Of a stretch of 64,000 bases of DNA, positions 1-10,462 are shown one piece after another. The position numbers and the translations under genes are program-made. Under the pieces are notes generated by a model. It searched no databases. It was not told the origin of the DNA and saw only the letters and a list, made by a program, of their open reading frames with translations. Numbering within the stretch: the stretch's first letter is position 1; each line of letters begins with the position of its first letter. Source of the stretch: Nemertoderma westbladi (taxonomy: Eukaryota; Animalia; Xenacoelomorpha); assembly GCA_032718475.1 (NCBI GenBank), contig JAUCBJ010001846.1, positions 310,001-374,000 of the forward strand. Reading direction: 5' to 3'.

Positions 1-354
1 CCCCGTGAACCTTTACTATAGCTTTATACTGAACTTTGGTCATATTTGTGCAGGATAGGTGGGAGACTTTGAAGCTGGCACGTCAGTGCTAGTGGAGTCA
101 TCCTTGAGATACCACCCTGATATAGTTGAAGTTCTAACTTCGTTTCATGATCTGGGACAAGGACAGTGTATGGTGGGTAGTTTGACTGGGGCGGTCTCCT
201 CCTAAAAAGTAACGGAGGAGCACAAAGGTACTCTCAACACGGTCGGACATCGTGTAATGAGCGCAAAGGTAAAAGAGTGCTTAACTGCAAGACTGACAAG
301 TCGAGCAGGTACGAAAGTAGGTCTTAGTGATCCGGTGATTCTGTGTGGAAGGGT

Positions 355-392
<38 letters not shown>

Positions 393-454
393 AGTAATTC
401 CGCCCAAGAGCTCATATCGACGGCGGAGTTTGCTACCTCGATGTCGGGTCATCT

Positions 455-494
<40 letters not shown>

Positions 495-674
495 TCCATT
501 TAAAGAGGTACGTGACCTGGGTTTAGAACGTCGAGAGACAGTTCGGTCCCTATCTACCGTGGGCGTTGGAGACTTGAGGGAAGCTATCCTTAGTACGAGA
601 GGACCGGGATGGACGTTCCGCTGGTGTTCTGGTTGTCACGCCAGTGGCATTGCCAGGTAGCTATGAACGGATAA

Positions 675-705
<31 letters not shown>

Positions 706-845
706 TTTGCCCAAGATTAGGTCTCCCTGAACTTTTTAAAGTTCCTGAAGGTTTGTTGAAGACGACAACGTTGATAGGCTGGGTGTGGAAGCATAGTAAT
801 ATGTGAAGCTAACCAGTACTAATTTAACCGTGAGGCTTAATCATA
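1..845 (+). rRNA. rrl: 23S rRNA, 3' part (domains V-VI; starts at about E. coli 2063)
   Basis: P-loop GACTGGGGCGGTC, PTC GGGATAAC and CTCGATGTCGG, sarcin-ricin loop AGTACGAGAGGAC. 3' end approximate. Confidence 0.98.
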
Positions 846-877
846 TGACACCTAAGTGATTGTTTGTATTGTTATTT

Positions 878-991
878 TTCTGGCATTTATTGCGCGTGGG
901 AAACACATGAATCCATTCCGAACTCAATTGTTAAGACATGCAGCGCCGATGGTAGTACACTTTTGTGTGTGAGAGTAGGTCTTTGCCAGGC
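878..991 (+). rRNA. rrf: 5S rRNA
   Basis: CTGGCA/TGCCAG terminal helix, CCGAAC, GCCGATGGTAGT and GAGAGTAGG motifs; follows 23S. Confidence 0.95.
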
Positions 992-998
992 TCTTTTT

Positions 999-1055
999 TA
1001 AGGAAGTTGAAAAGGTTATATTTGATAGTCAAATAACTTTTTAACACTTTCCTTA
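999..1055. other. long imperfect hairpin in the rRNA operon trailer
   Basis: TAAGGAAGTTGAAAAGGTTATATTTGA pairs imperfectly with TCAAATAACTTTTTAACACTTTCCTTA. Confidence 0.6.
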
Positions 1056-1086
1056 TCTTTTTAAAGATTTTTTATATTGTTGATTG

Positions 1087-1121
1087 GCCTTCTTGAAATT
1101 TTTTTAAGAGGGCTTTTTTTT
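1087..1121 (+). terminator. rho-independent terminator of the rRNA operon
   Basis: GCCTTCTTGAAA...TTTTAAGAGGGC stem followed by a T8 tract. Confidence 0.7.
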
Positions 1122-1184
1122 GTATTTTTGACATCAATGATGACTGAATTTGAGGCGTATTCGCTTCCTTAAGTAGTCAACGTT

Positions 1185-3356
1185 CTATTTAATTCGACTT
1201 ACGCTTTCAACACCTTGAATGCTTTTGATTATTTTAATCGCCTTATTAAGATTTTCTCTCTTTTTGATGGTGATATCAAGTTTAATGACCTGATAATCTG
1301 ATTTTTCAGTATCTTTTTTTGTGTTGATGTTGCAAAGCTCTATTTTGCAGGTTTGCAGTGCTTTAAGTGTTTGGAAAATAATTTTGTTGACTGTTTTTTT
1401 TGTATACGCTTTGATGATCAAAGATGATTTAAATTGGTTAATTTGTATGTCTTCCCAATCAATAGGAAAAAAATTAAGTGGGCTGTATTTTTTATTTGAA
1501 ATATATTGTTGACAATTGCTTCTGTGAATAATAATGGTTTGGGCTTCGTTTATTTCAGCAACAATTTGGTCTTTTTCAATGGGGTAGCAACATTCACCAA
1601 GCGAAATAAAATTGTTTTGTATGTTGGGTCGCTTTATTTTTTGGATTTGTCGAATGATATTTTTCCATTTTGATTCTCTGTTGATTTGGTTATTTTGATT
1701 ATTGATAATTTTAATAACACTCAGTGGCATTATTTGCCCCAATGCAATCATTTTGTAAAACTCGTTAATGGTTTTGCATTTATTTTGCTTAAGGATGCTT
1801 TGTATAATTTTGTCACTTAAATCAGAAAATTTTTCTTTTTTGTATTTTTTAAGTAGGATATCAATAATTTTTTGACCGGATACCAGTATATTTTTTTGTT
1901 GGTTTAATTTTAAAGATTGCTTAATGTTAAGTTGTGCCTTACTGGTAACGGCATAGGCCAGCCAATTGGCTTTGGGGAAGGCATTGGGGTCTGTGATAAT
2001 TTCGATCGTTTGGCCATTTTTTAACGGTGTTGTGATCGGCTTTCTTTTATTATCAATCAATAGCCCAATGCATTGATTGCCAAGATCTGTGTGGATGGCG
2101 TAAGCAAAATCAATGCCGCTAGATCGCTTGGGTAATTCTATGATTTCACCTGTGGGTGTACAGATGTAAACCTTATCGTCTTCCTGATTCTCAAAATGTA
2201 TTTTAATGTGTTCTAAAAATTCTAACGAGTCTGAGGACTGCCTGTTGGCCTCAGCAATTTGGTGAATCCAGCTTTCTGTGATGTTTTTTTGATAAAATTG
2301 GTATTGTTGATGACCCCCTTCTTTATACAACCAATGTGCTGCCACCCCATAGGTTGCAATGGCATCCATCATTTCTGATCGAATTTGAATTTCAAGCATT
2401 AAGTGTCGTGGTGTAATAATGGTCGTATGAAGGCTTTGGTAGCCATTGTGTTTGGGCAGCGCAATATAATCTTTAAAGCGATGAGGTAAGGGCTTATAAA
2501 GTTGATGAATAATCCCTAATACAGCGTAACACGACTGCGTATTGTCTAGCACAATACATATGCCGTAAATATCGGTTATTTCTTTAAAGTGCTTGGTGTG
2601 CATTTTTTGATAAATGCTGTAAATGTTTTTTTGCCTTGAATAAAGCTTTACATGCATCAACCCTTCTTTTTCTAGCACACTGTGTATGTTTTTTTTAGTG
2701 GTATTTAATATGTCATGGGCTTTTGAAGCTAGTTGATCAATTTTTTTTTGAATAATAGCCACTCTAATTGGGTAAATTGTTATAAAACTTTTTTCAGATA
2801 ACTGCTCAAATATGTCTTCAAGGCCTAAACGCCTTGCAATGGGTGCATAAATTTCAAGCGTTTCTAAGCTGATTTCTTTTTGTTTTTGTCTGCGTAGGTG
2901 TTTAATGGTGCTGATATTATGCAAGCGGTCAGCCAACTTAATAAAGATGACACGATAATCATTGGTGATTGCTAAGAGCATTTTTCTAAAATTATGAGCT
3001 TGCTGGGAGCGTTTGTTTTCAAATTTAAAATTTTGAATCTTGCTCATGCCATAAACCAGATGCATAATCTCCTCACCAAAGTTTTTTAAAATTTCTGTTT
3101 CAGTGGTGTGCGTGTCTTCAATCACATCATGCAGTAGTGCAGCACTGATGGTGTGAAAATCCATCCCCCATTTGGCCAGCAAAATGGCAACTGATAAGGG
3201 GTGGATGATATAGTCTTCCCCTGAACGCCGCTTTTGGCTTTGATGGGCGCTAATCGCTTGAAGCAGCGCATGTTCAACCACAGTGTTTTGTGATTGAGTT
3301 AAATGTTTAGTCGCATCTGTTAGTTTATTTTTCAGTAGTTGGATAGAATCTTCCAT
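1185..3356 (-). CDS. spoT: bifunctional (p)ppGpp synthetase/hydrolase
   Basis: HD motif LLHDVIED, KLADRLHN, RFKD and EIQIR synthetase motifs, TGS domain (DFAYAIHT). Confidence 0.95.
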   Translation of the reverse strand: MEDSIQLLKNKLTDATKHLTQSQNTVVEHALLQAISAHQSQKRRSGEDYIIHPLSVAILLAKWGMDFHTISAALLHDVIEDTHTTETEILKNFGEEIMHLVYGMSKIQNFKFENKRSQQAHNFRKMLLAITNDYRVIFIKLADRLHNISTIKHLRRQKQKEISLETLEIYAPIARRLGLEDIFEQLSEKSFITIYPIRVAIIQKKIDQLASKAHDILNTTKKNIHSVLEKEGLMHVKLYSRQKNIYSIYQKMHTKHFKEITDIYGICIVLDNTQSCYAVLGIIHQLYKPLPHRFKDYIALPKHNGYQSLHTTIITPRHLMLEIQIRSEMMDAIATYGVAAHWLYKEGGHQQYQFYQKNITESWIHQIAEANRQSSDSLEFLEHIKIHFENQEDDKVYICTPTGEIIELPKRSSGIDFAYAIHTDLGNQCIGLLIDNKRKPITTPLKNGQTIEIITDPNAFPKANWLAYAVTSKAQLNIKQSLKLNQQKNILVSGQKIIDILLKKYKKEKFSDLSDKIIQSILKQNKCKTINEFYKMIALGQIMPLSVIKIINNQNNQINRESKWKNIIRQIQKIKRPNIQNNFISLGECCYPIEKDQIVAEINEAQTIIIHRSNCQQYISNKKYSPLNFFPIDWEDIQINQFKSSLIIKAYTKKTVNKIIFQTLKALQTCKIELCNINTKKDTEKSDYQVIKLDITIKKRENLNKAIKIIKSIQGVESVSRIK

Positions 3357-3401
3357 TAATCATTCATCAGTTGAGCCGATGGTTTCATATTCAAAAATAC
3401 A

Positions 3402-4568
3402 TTATAAATTGTTCATAATTTCTTCACCAAACTGACTAGTCGAAAGCAGTTTTCCGCCTTGTATTGACTCGAAAAAATCTTGGGTGACAGTTTTGTTTTG
3501 TAGGGTCGTTTTAACCCCATTTAACAAGCAGTCTGCCGCTTCGGGGTGCTTTAGGTGACGTAACATCATCTCGGCGGAGAGAATAATAGAGCAAGGGTTG
3601 GCAATGTTTTTCCCTGCAATGGTGGGGGCTGTGCCGTGGGTGGCTTCAAATATTGCACATTCATCTGACAGATTAGCCCCCGGTGCAATGCCAATACCAC
3701 CCACTTGGGCCGCTAGAGCGTCTGAAATATAATCACCATTAAGGTTCATAGTCACCACCACCTGATGGGCTTGGGGGTGAAGGACTATTTCTTGTAAAAA
3801 AGCATCGGCAATGCAGTCTTTAATCGTAATAGTGCCGTGTTCTACTTCAATTTCATACTGGTCATTCGAATTTAGGGCGGCATTAAATTTTTCTTCAGCC
3901 ACTTGGTAGGCCCACTGTTTAAATCCCCCTTCAGTGAATTTCATAATATTACCTTTATGTACAATGGTGAGGGTATTTTTTTGATGTAAAATAGCATATT
4001 CAATGGCGCGTTCCATGATTTTTTTGGAGGCAGGTTCAGATATTGGTTTGACACCGATGGCGCATTGGTCAATATTTTGAATATTGGTTACACCTAGCTC
4101 GCTATTTAAAAAATGAATGAGTTTTTTAGCCTCAGTCGAGCCCGCTTGCCATTCAATGCCGGTGTAAATGTCTTCCGAATTTTCTCGAAAAATGACCATA
4201 TCAACCTGATCGGGTTGCTTAACGGGGCTAGGCACCCCTGCAAAGTAGCTAACCGGGCGTACACACATAAACAACTGAAGTTGTTGGCGAAGGGCGACGT
4301 TTAATGAGCGAATACCCCCCCCAACCGGTGTGGCAAGCGGCCCCTTAATGGCCACGCCATGGGCTTTGATGGTGTCTAGGGTTTTTTGAGGTAAAAGTGT
4401 TCCATATTTTTGAAGGGCTGGCTCACCAATATCAATGGCTTGCCAACGTATTTTTAGGGTGTTGTTATAGGCTTTGGTGATAGCAGCATTCACAACATTG
4501 ATCATCACAGGCGTGATATCTTTTCCAATGCCATCGCCTGTCATAAAAGGGATTACAATTTCTTGCAT
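3402..4568 (-). CDS. icd: isocitrate dehydrogenase (homodimeric type)
   Basis: GDGIG, GGGIRSLN, RENSEDIY, VHKGNIMK, NLNGDYISD, EATHGTAP. Confidence 0.97.
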   Translation of the reverse strand: MQEIVIPFMTGDGIGKDITPVMINVVNAAITKAYNNTLKIRWQAIDIGEPALQKYGTLLPQKTLDTIKAHGVAIKGPLATPVGGGIRSLNVALRQQLQLFMCVRPVSYFAGVPSPVKQPDQVDMVIFRENSEDIYTGIEWQAGSTEAKKLIHFLNSELGVTNIQNIDQCAIGVKPISEPASKKIMERAIEYAILHQKNTLTIVHKGNIMKFTEGGFKQWAYQVAEEKFNAALNSNDQYEIEVEHGTITIKDCIADAFLQEIVLHPQAHQVVVTMNLNGDYISDALAAQVGGIGIAPGANLSDECAIFEATHGTAPTIAGKNIANPCSIILSAEMMLRHLKHPEAADCLLNGVKTTLQNKTVTQDFFESIQGGKLLSTSQFGEEIMNNL

Positions 4569-4583
4569 TAGTATGCTCCTTAA

Positions 4584-5387
4584 CTATTTTGATTGAATGT
4601 TTGAATTTTCAATGAGGGTGTCCAGCTTTAAACGTTGCTTTTTATTTAATTGCGATTGAATGGTTTTACAAAGTGATTGGGCTAACTGATAGGTAGATGC
4701 ACAAGCCCATATATAAGCTTTGCCAACATCCTTTTTAACCCCATCGCCTTTTAAATACATGATGGCTAAATTATATCGTGAGAGTGCATGCCCTTCAAAA
4801 CTAGCCTGCTCAAACCAATAGGCCGCTTTTTTTTTATTTTGCTCACCCAATCGCCCGTTTAAATAGACCTCTCCCAAGGTATGTAAAGCGGGTAGGTACT
4901 TTTTTTTTGCTGCCCTTTGTAGTAGTAATTGTGCTTTTTTTAAATTTTGATGAACAAATTGCCCCCTTTCTAACAAAAGCGAGAAATACACTTCTGCGAC
5001 TGGGTCGTTTTGTTTCACTAACTTTTTAAGCAACGAAATGCCTTTTTTTATATTTTGAAGTAGCGGGTGGTAAAAATACCAGTCAATTAATATTTGCTTG
5101 GCATAAGGGTTTTTTTGATTGCTTAGCAATTGAATTGATTGCGCATATTGCCCTAACTTTAAAAGCATTTTTGCCTGTAAAATCACCGCATTTATGTTTT
5201 CATGCTTGAGCGCTTCATCCAGTATTTTTTGAAATTTGTTTGGCAGAGGTTGGTAATCATTTTTTTCTAAAAAACTTTCAATCAAAACAAGTTGAGTATT
5301 GATATATTGCTTATTAGTAGAGTTAGTATGGGATAGGCAGGCCAGTAAACTTAAAAAAATGATCGTTAAATACTTTTGAACAGCCAC
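4584..5387 (-). CDS. Sel1-like repeat protein with N-terminal signal
   Basis: Repeats LGEVYLNG..KAAYWFEQAS and YNLAIMYLKGDGV..AYIW. Confidence 0.85.
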   Translation of the reverse strand: MAVQKYLTIIFLSLLACLSHTNSTNKQYINTQLVLIESFLEKNDYQPLPNKFQKILDEALKHENINAVILQAKMLLKLGQYAQSIQLLSNQKNPYAKQILIDWYFYHPLLQNIKKGISLLKKLVKQNDPVAEVYFSLLLERGQFVHQNLKKAQLLLQRAAKKKYLPALHTLGEVYLNGRLGEQNKKKAAYWFEQASFEGHALSRYNLAIMYLKGDGVKKDVGKAYIWACASTYQLAQSLCKTIQSQLNKKQRLKLDTLIENSNIQSK

Positions 5388-5420
5388 AATATAACCCCTT
5401 TGACTAGCGAAATTTTAAAA

Positions 5421-5458
5421 TGTTGTATTTTTGCCACACATGTTGCAAAAATACTTGC
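5421..5458. promoter_or_regulatory. inverted-repeat operator-like site in the divergent promoter region
   Basis: GTATTTTTGC (5425-5434) and GCAAAAATAC (5445-5454), next to a candidate TTGCAA-16-TAAAAT promoter. Confidence 0.5.
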
Positions 5459-5611
5459 AATTATTTTAAAAGTGATTAAAATAAATTCCTAAATCAAATA
5501 TTATATGTTTTGCATAAGCAGTGTAGTCATATAAATTGGTTGGGTTATTTTATGCAGTATGTGTGGAATAATTTTTAATAAAAAATGTATATCAAAATAA
5601 AAGGATAAACA

Positions 5612-6964
5612 ATGAAAAAATTATTGATGTCTACAGCGCTTATTGGGGCGTTGTTTGCTTCATCTGCGGTCGCGAAAGTGACCATCACAGGTGATGCTCG
5701 TTATCGTTACGCCAGTAACGGTTTATATGAAACCACTCAAGTAACAGGGGAGGCCTATCGTGCGCTTGCGTTTGCAACAACTAATACGCAAACGGCCACT
5801 GATCTGCTCACTGTCATGGGTATAACTGATTTATCCACTGCTAAGTCAGCTTTTTTGGAAAAGTTTGATCCTCGCTTTTATGATACTGCAGCGATTGCTG
5901 ACGTCGCGGCCTACAAAGCAGCGACCAGTGTTACTAGCTTAGCAGCAGCAGGCGCTTCAAGCGGTGAGTCTTCAGACAATCGTTTCCGTATTAATGTGAA
6001 TTTTGCCTCAGAAGATAAATCCATCAAGGGTCGCTTGCGCCTTCGCAGTGATGCTGGTTTTTTTGATACAAAGTCAAACTCAGGAAGACTACGTGTTGAC
6101 CAAGCCTATATCCAAGGTTCAGTACCCGGTGCAAAAGGCTTGAGTGTAAAAGTGGGTTCATTTAAACCATACTTAACACCAAATCATGTATTCACAGACT
6201 TAGTTGCCTTTACGGGTGTTGAGCTGGGTTACACCTCAGGCATGCTAAACGCCTTTTATCGCATGTATGAAAGTTCAGCTGTTGAAACAGAAACATCCGC
6301 TGCCTATAACTTAAACTATCAAAGTGATATTGGCATTAGTGGTTCATTTCAGGGCGTTACAGCCGGTGTTTATTTGGTATCAGACAATGACCAAACAGAT
6401 AAAAATGAAAAAGCCACCATCGCGTATGTAGACGGTGAGTACATGGGTGTTAATGTGGCGGGTGAATACTATGACGTAGATGGCACTGAAAGGGATGCTT
6501 GGTACGCTAGTGCTGGCATGAAGCACAATGAGTACGAGTTTGGTGCTTTTTACTTAGAGTTAGGTAAAGAAGCTTCAACAGGTAGCGACTTCAACCCCAT
6601 GGGTATTAGCATATTTGGTACTTCAGGTAGTTCGTATCTAACACCCATTACTAAGTTGAAAAACTTTGCCTCTTCAGTTGCAAGCAGCACTTTTTATTCA
6701 GCAACTGATCCAAGTGTTTATGGTGGTCAAATTAAGGGATCATTCAACGGCTTAGACCTTCAGTTAAGTTACGGTATTGCCGAGCTTAACCAGGATAAAA
6801 TACCGGTAAGAATTGGTGCTTTGGATACTAAACTCTCAGGGACTGACGATAGTTTCTATGACCTAGTGGTGGGTTATAAAATGGGGGCTTTAAAACTTCA
6901 AGCAAGCTATGGTTCATTCTTAGGTTTAACAACTTTTGGTGCTAATGTAGGCCTTAAATTCTAA
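5612..6964 (+). CDS. outer-membrane porin / major outer-membrane beta-barrel protein
   Basis: Signal peptide, TGDARYRY first strand, VDQAY motif, alternating beta-strand pattern, C-terminal Phe (VGLKF), AAGGA SD. Confidence 0.8.
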   Translation: MKKLLMSTALIGALFASSAVAKVTITGDARYRYASNGLYETTQVTGEAYRALAFATTNTQTATDLLTVMGITDLSTAKSAFLEKFDPRFYDTAAIADVAAYKAATSVTSLAAAGASSGESSDNRFRINVNFASEDKSIKGRLRLRSDAGFFDTKSNSGRLRVDQAYIQGSVPGAKGLSVKVGSFKPYLTPNHVFTDLVAFTGVELGYTSGMLNAFYRMYESSAVETETSAAYNLNYQSDIGISGSFQGVTAGVYLVSDNDQTDKNEKATIAYVDGEYMGVNVAGEYYDVDGTERDAWYASAGMKHNEYEFGAFYLELGKEASTGSDFNPMGISIFGTSGSSYLTPITKLKNFASSVASSTFYSATDPSVYGGQIKGSFNGLDLQLSYGIAELNQDKIPVRIGALDTKLSGTDDSFYDLVVGYKMGALKLQASYGSFLGLTTFGANVGLKF

Positions 6965-6990
6965 AGATTTGTTTTTTAGAATTTTTGATT

Positions 6991-7021
6991 AAAAAGGGGC
7001 ACTTTGGTGCCCCTTTTTTTT
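6991..7021 (+). terminator. rho-independent terminator (possibly bidirectional)
   Basis: AAAAAGGGGCAC-TTTG-GTGCCCCTTTTTTT. Confidence 0.9.
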
Positions 7022-7043
7022 AGGTATAATTTTTTAAAAAGTT

Positions 7044-8129
7044 ATGAGTCGTTGTGTTGTGGGTGTATCAGGGGGTGTGGACTCTTCAGTTACACTTTTT
7101 TTAATGAAACAAGCAGGCTTTAATGTAGAGGCTGTTTATATTAAGAATTGGCAAGACGATACAAATAATTGCCCTGCACTAGAGGATTGCGAATATGCCA
7201 TGCAGGTATGTGACCGGTTAGGGGTTAATTTTAATACCGTTGACATGACTAAGGCCTACAAGCAATATGTTTTTGAAGATTTTTTAATGGCGTATGCGTC
7301 TGGCCAAACACCCAATCCGGATGTCTTGTGCAATCGATCAATTAAGTTTGGCGCTTGTTTTGATTATTTGCACAAACAAACTAAAGATTCATTTTTATTT
7401 GCCACTGGGCATTACGCCGTTATTGAAAAAAAAGATGGCTTGTTTTTGTTGAAAAAAAGTGCGGATTTGTTGAAAGATCAAACCTATTTTTTGCATGGTT
7501 TAACACAAAAACAATTGAGTTTTTCACAGTTTCCTTTAGGGGGTATGCAAAAATATCAGGTGAGAGCCTTGGCTAAAAAACTTGATTTTTTAACCCATGA
7601 TCGAAAAGATAGCACTGGTATTTGTTTGGTTGGCAAGCGCCATATGGTGGATTTTTTATCTAATTATTTGCCCAGCCAAGTTGGCGATATTGTCACACCC
7701 AACGGTCAAATCATTGGTCATCATCCGGGGATTTGTTTTTTTACGATGGGTCAACGCAAGGGTTTAAAAGTAGGGGGGTTAAAGAATTTTGATCAAAGGC
7801 CGTGGTATGTCGCTGAAAAAGATGTCGCAACTAATCAATTGATTGTTGTTCAAGGATTTGATCATCCGCTGCTTTATCACAATGTTTTGGAGGTTGAAAA
7901 TATTCATTGGATTAGTGGGAAGCCCCCGCAAAAATTGGGACTGAAAGCGAAAATACGCTATCAGCAAAAAGAACAAGCGTGTGTGTTAGATAATCAAGGC
8001 GAAAAGTTACTTGTTTATTTTAAAATGCCTCAATGGGGTGTTAGTTTGGGGCAATTTATTGTATTTTATGATGGAGATATTTGCTTGGGTGGCGGGGTCA
8101 TTAACCGTCGCTTTAATCATATCCACTAA
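7044..8129 (+). CDS. mnmA: tRNA 2-thiouridylase
   Basis: SGGVDSS, TPNPDVLCN, ATGHYA, KDQTYFL, DSTGIC. Confidence 0.97.
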   Translation: MSRCVVGVSGGVDSSVTLFLMKQAGFNVEAVYIKNWQDDTNNCPALEDCEYAMQVCDRLGVNFNTVDMTKAYKQYVFEDFLMAYASGQTPNPDVLCNRSIKFGACFDYLHKQTKDSFLFATGHYAVIEKKDGLFLLKKSADLLKDQTYFLHGLTQKQLSFSQFPLGGMQKYQVRALAKKLDFLTHDRKDSTGICLVGKRHMVDFLSNYLPSQVGDIVTPNGQIIGHHPGICFFTMGQRKGLKVGGLKNFDQRPWYVAEKDVATNQLIVVQGFDHPLLYHNVLEVENIHWISGKPPQKLGLKAKIRYQQKEQACVLDNQGEKLLVYFKMPQWGVSLGQFIVFYDGDICLGGGVINRRFNHIH

Positions 8130-8169
8130 GCCAATATGAAAGAACAAATGTGTGATAAGTATTTTTTAA

Positions 8170-8601
8170 ATGAAAATTTTAGTCATCAATGGGCCTAATT
8201 TGAATTTATTAGGTCAAAGAGAACCCCATATTTATGGTAATCAATCCCTTAAGAATATTGAAGATGGTTTGTTCAAAAAATACCCGGCGATTGAATTTGA
8301 TTTTTTTCAATCATCGTCTGAATCCAAAATAGTTGATTATATCGCTAAGCAAAATGATGTCAAAATAAATGGTATTATCATTAATGCGGCATCTTTTACG
8401 CATACCTCTATTGCTATTCGAGATGCCCTATTAGGCGCAAACACCCCTTTTATTGAGGTGCATTTGAGCAATATTTATAAGCGTGAAAAATTTCGTCAGC
8501 ATTCCTATTTAAGTGATTGCGCCCTGGGTGTGATTGTGGGGTTTAAAGGCATGGTTTATTCGCTAGCTGTTGACGCTTTGCTTGATCATTTACAATCTTA
8601 A
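8170..8601 (+). CDS. aroQ: type II 3-dehydroquinate dehydratase
   Basis: NGPNLNLLGQREP, EVHLSN. Confidence 0.97.
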   Translation: MKILVINGPNLNLLGQREPHIYGNQSLKNIEDGLFKKYPAIEFDFFQSSSESKIVDYIAKQNDVKINGIIINAASFTHTSIAIRDALLGANTPFIEVHLSNIYKREKFRQHSYLSDCALGVIVGFKGMVYSLAVDALLDHLQS

Positions 8602-8621
8602 AAATTATTGAGGAATTTAAA

Positions 8622-9083
8622 ATGGATATTAAAAGAATCAAAAAAATTATTGATTTACTCAAAGTATCTGATATCGGCGAGATTGAACTTCATGAGGGTG
8701 GTGATTCGGTTCGAGTCAGTCGAATTTCTCAAAACGTAACACCCATAAGTCCCACCTTATTGAGCAAGGTAACCCCTACTCCAATACCTACAAGCAACAC
8801 GGGCAACCAGCTGCCTGCTAAAAGCGCTGAACCGGTTATTTCAGGGCATGTGGTGACCTCCCCCATGGTGGGGAAATTTTATCAATCGCCCAGCCCCGAT
8901 AAACCTGCTTATGTGAAGGGGGGCAGTGTCGTCAAAAAAGGCGATACCTTGTGCATTGTTGAGGCGATGAAAATGATGAACCCGATTGAATCGGAAGTTG
9001 ATGGTGTGGTGAAAACAATTTTTGCCCAAGATGGCGATGCGGTTGAATTTGGTCAAAACTTATTTGAGATTGAATTAAATTAA
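8622..9083 (+). CDS. accB: biotin carboxyl carrier protein
   Basis: EAMKM biotinylation motif, SPMVG. Confidence 0.97.
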   Translation: MDIKRIKKIIDLLKVSDIGEIELHEGGDSVRVSRISQNVTPISPTLLSKVTPTPIPTSNTGNQLPAKSAEPVISGHVVTSPMVGKFYQSPSPDKPAYVKGGSVVKKGDTLCIVEAMKMMNPIESEVDGVVKTIFAQDGDAVEFGQNLFEIELN

Positions 9084-9100
9084 TTGAAAGTAGAGCTATC

Positions 9101-10462
9101 ATGATAAAAGAGATTAAAAAAATCGTCATTGCCAATCGCGGGGAGATTGCGCTAAGGATACTGCGAGCTTGTCAAGAGCTAAGTATTAAAACCGTGGCTG
9201 TGCATTCTGAGGCTGACAGAAACCTAAAACATGTATTGTTAGCAGACGAGGCCATCTGCATAGGACCTGCTGATGTCTCAAAAAGCTATTTAAACGTTCC
9301 GATGATTATCAGCGCCGCTGATTTAGCAGGGGCCGATGCCATCCATCCGGGGTATGGTTTTTTATCTGAAAATGCAGACTTTGCCGAACAAGTTGAACAA
9401 AGTGGTTTTATTTTCATTGGGCCCACCTCCGAAGTGATTCGCTTGATGGGCGATAAAGTCTCTGCCATCAAACAAATGCAATTATCAGGGGTGCCTTGTG
9501 TGCCAGGGTCTGACGGTGAGCTGCCTAATGACGATATTAAATATTGTCAGCGTGTTGCCCAAAAAACAGGCTACCCTGTCATTATTAAAGCGGCTGGTGG
9601 AGGTGGGGGTCGTGGCATGCGCGTGATTGAATCAGCTGATGAGTTATCAAAAGGGCTTGCGTTAACACGTAACGAGGCCAAGCAATTTTTTGGCAATGAA
9701 GCCATTTATTTGGAAAAATATCTTAAAAAGCCCCGCCATGTTGAAATACAAGTTTTATCTGATAACCACGGCAATGCTGCTTATTTAGGGGATCGAGACT
9801 GTTCCATGCAGCGCCGACACCAAAAAGTGATAGAAGAAGCCCCTGCCTTTGGCATTGACGATGCTTCCAGAAAAAAAGTGGGTGAAGCCTGTGTGAAGGC
9901 TTGCATTAATATGGGGTATCGCGGCGCAGGTACGTTTGAGTTTTTATATCAAGACGGTGAATTTTACTTTATTGAAATGAACACGCGTGTTCAGGTGGAG
10001 CACCCCGTGACAGAAATGGTAACCGGTGTGGATATTGTCAAGGCTCAAATTGAAATTGCCATGAACAAACCTTTATCTATTAAGCAGTTAGCTGTCAAAA
10101 TTGGCGGCCATTCGATTGAGTGCCGAATTAATGCTGAGAATCCAGAAAACTTTTTGCCTTCTCCAGGGGTCATTAAAAAATGGCATGTGCCGGGGGGCTT
10201 AGGTGTTCGAATTGATTCACATGTTTATACAGGGTATGAAGTGTCCCCCCACTACGACTCCATGATTGGTAAGATTATTGTGCATGCTGATGATCGTTCG
10301 CAGTCCATCACAAGAATGCAGCGTGCTCTCAATGAATTTGCAGTGGAAGGCATTTTAACCAACAAGGCATTACATCAAAAAATACTAGCCGATCCTACCT
10401 TTTTAAAGGGGGATGATTTTACCATTCATCACTTGGAGCAGAATATTTTAAAGACAGATTAG
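9101..10462 (+). CDS. accC: biotin carboxylase
   Basis: [39 protein letters not shown]. Confidence 0.98.
   Translation: MIKEIKKIVIANRGEIALRILRACQELSIKTVAVHSEADRNLKHVLLADEAICIGPADVSKSYLNVPMIISAADLAGADAIHPGYGFLSENADFAEQVEQSGFIFIGPTSEVIRLMGDKVSAIKQMQLSGVPCVPGSDGELPNDDIKYCQRVAQKTGYPVIIKAAGGGGGRGMRVIESADELSKGLALTRNEAKQFFGNEAIYLEKYLKKPRHVEIQVLSDNHGNAAYLGDRDCSMQRRHQKVIEEAPAFGIDDASRKKVGEACVKACINMGYRGAGTFEFLYQDGEFYFIEMNTRVQVEHPVTEMVTGVDIVKAQIEIAMNKPLSIKQLAVKIGGHSIECRINAENPENFLPSPGVIKKWHVPGGLGVRIDSHVYTGYEVSPHYDSMIGKIIVHADDRSQSITRMQRALNEFAVEGILTNKALHQKILADPTFLKGDDFTIHHLEQNILKTD

Noticed and set aside
1-845. Intron or intervening sequence in 23S domain V
   Set aside because: A constant offset to E. coli numbering holds from about 2063 to 2602.
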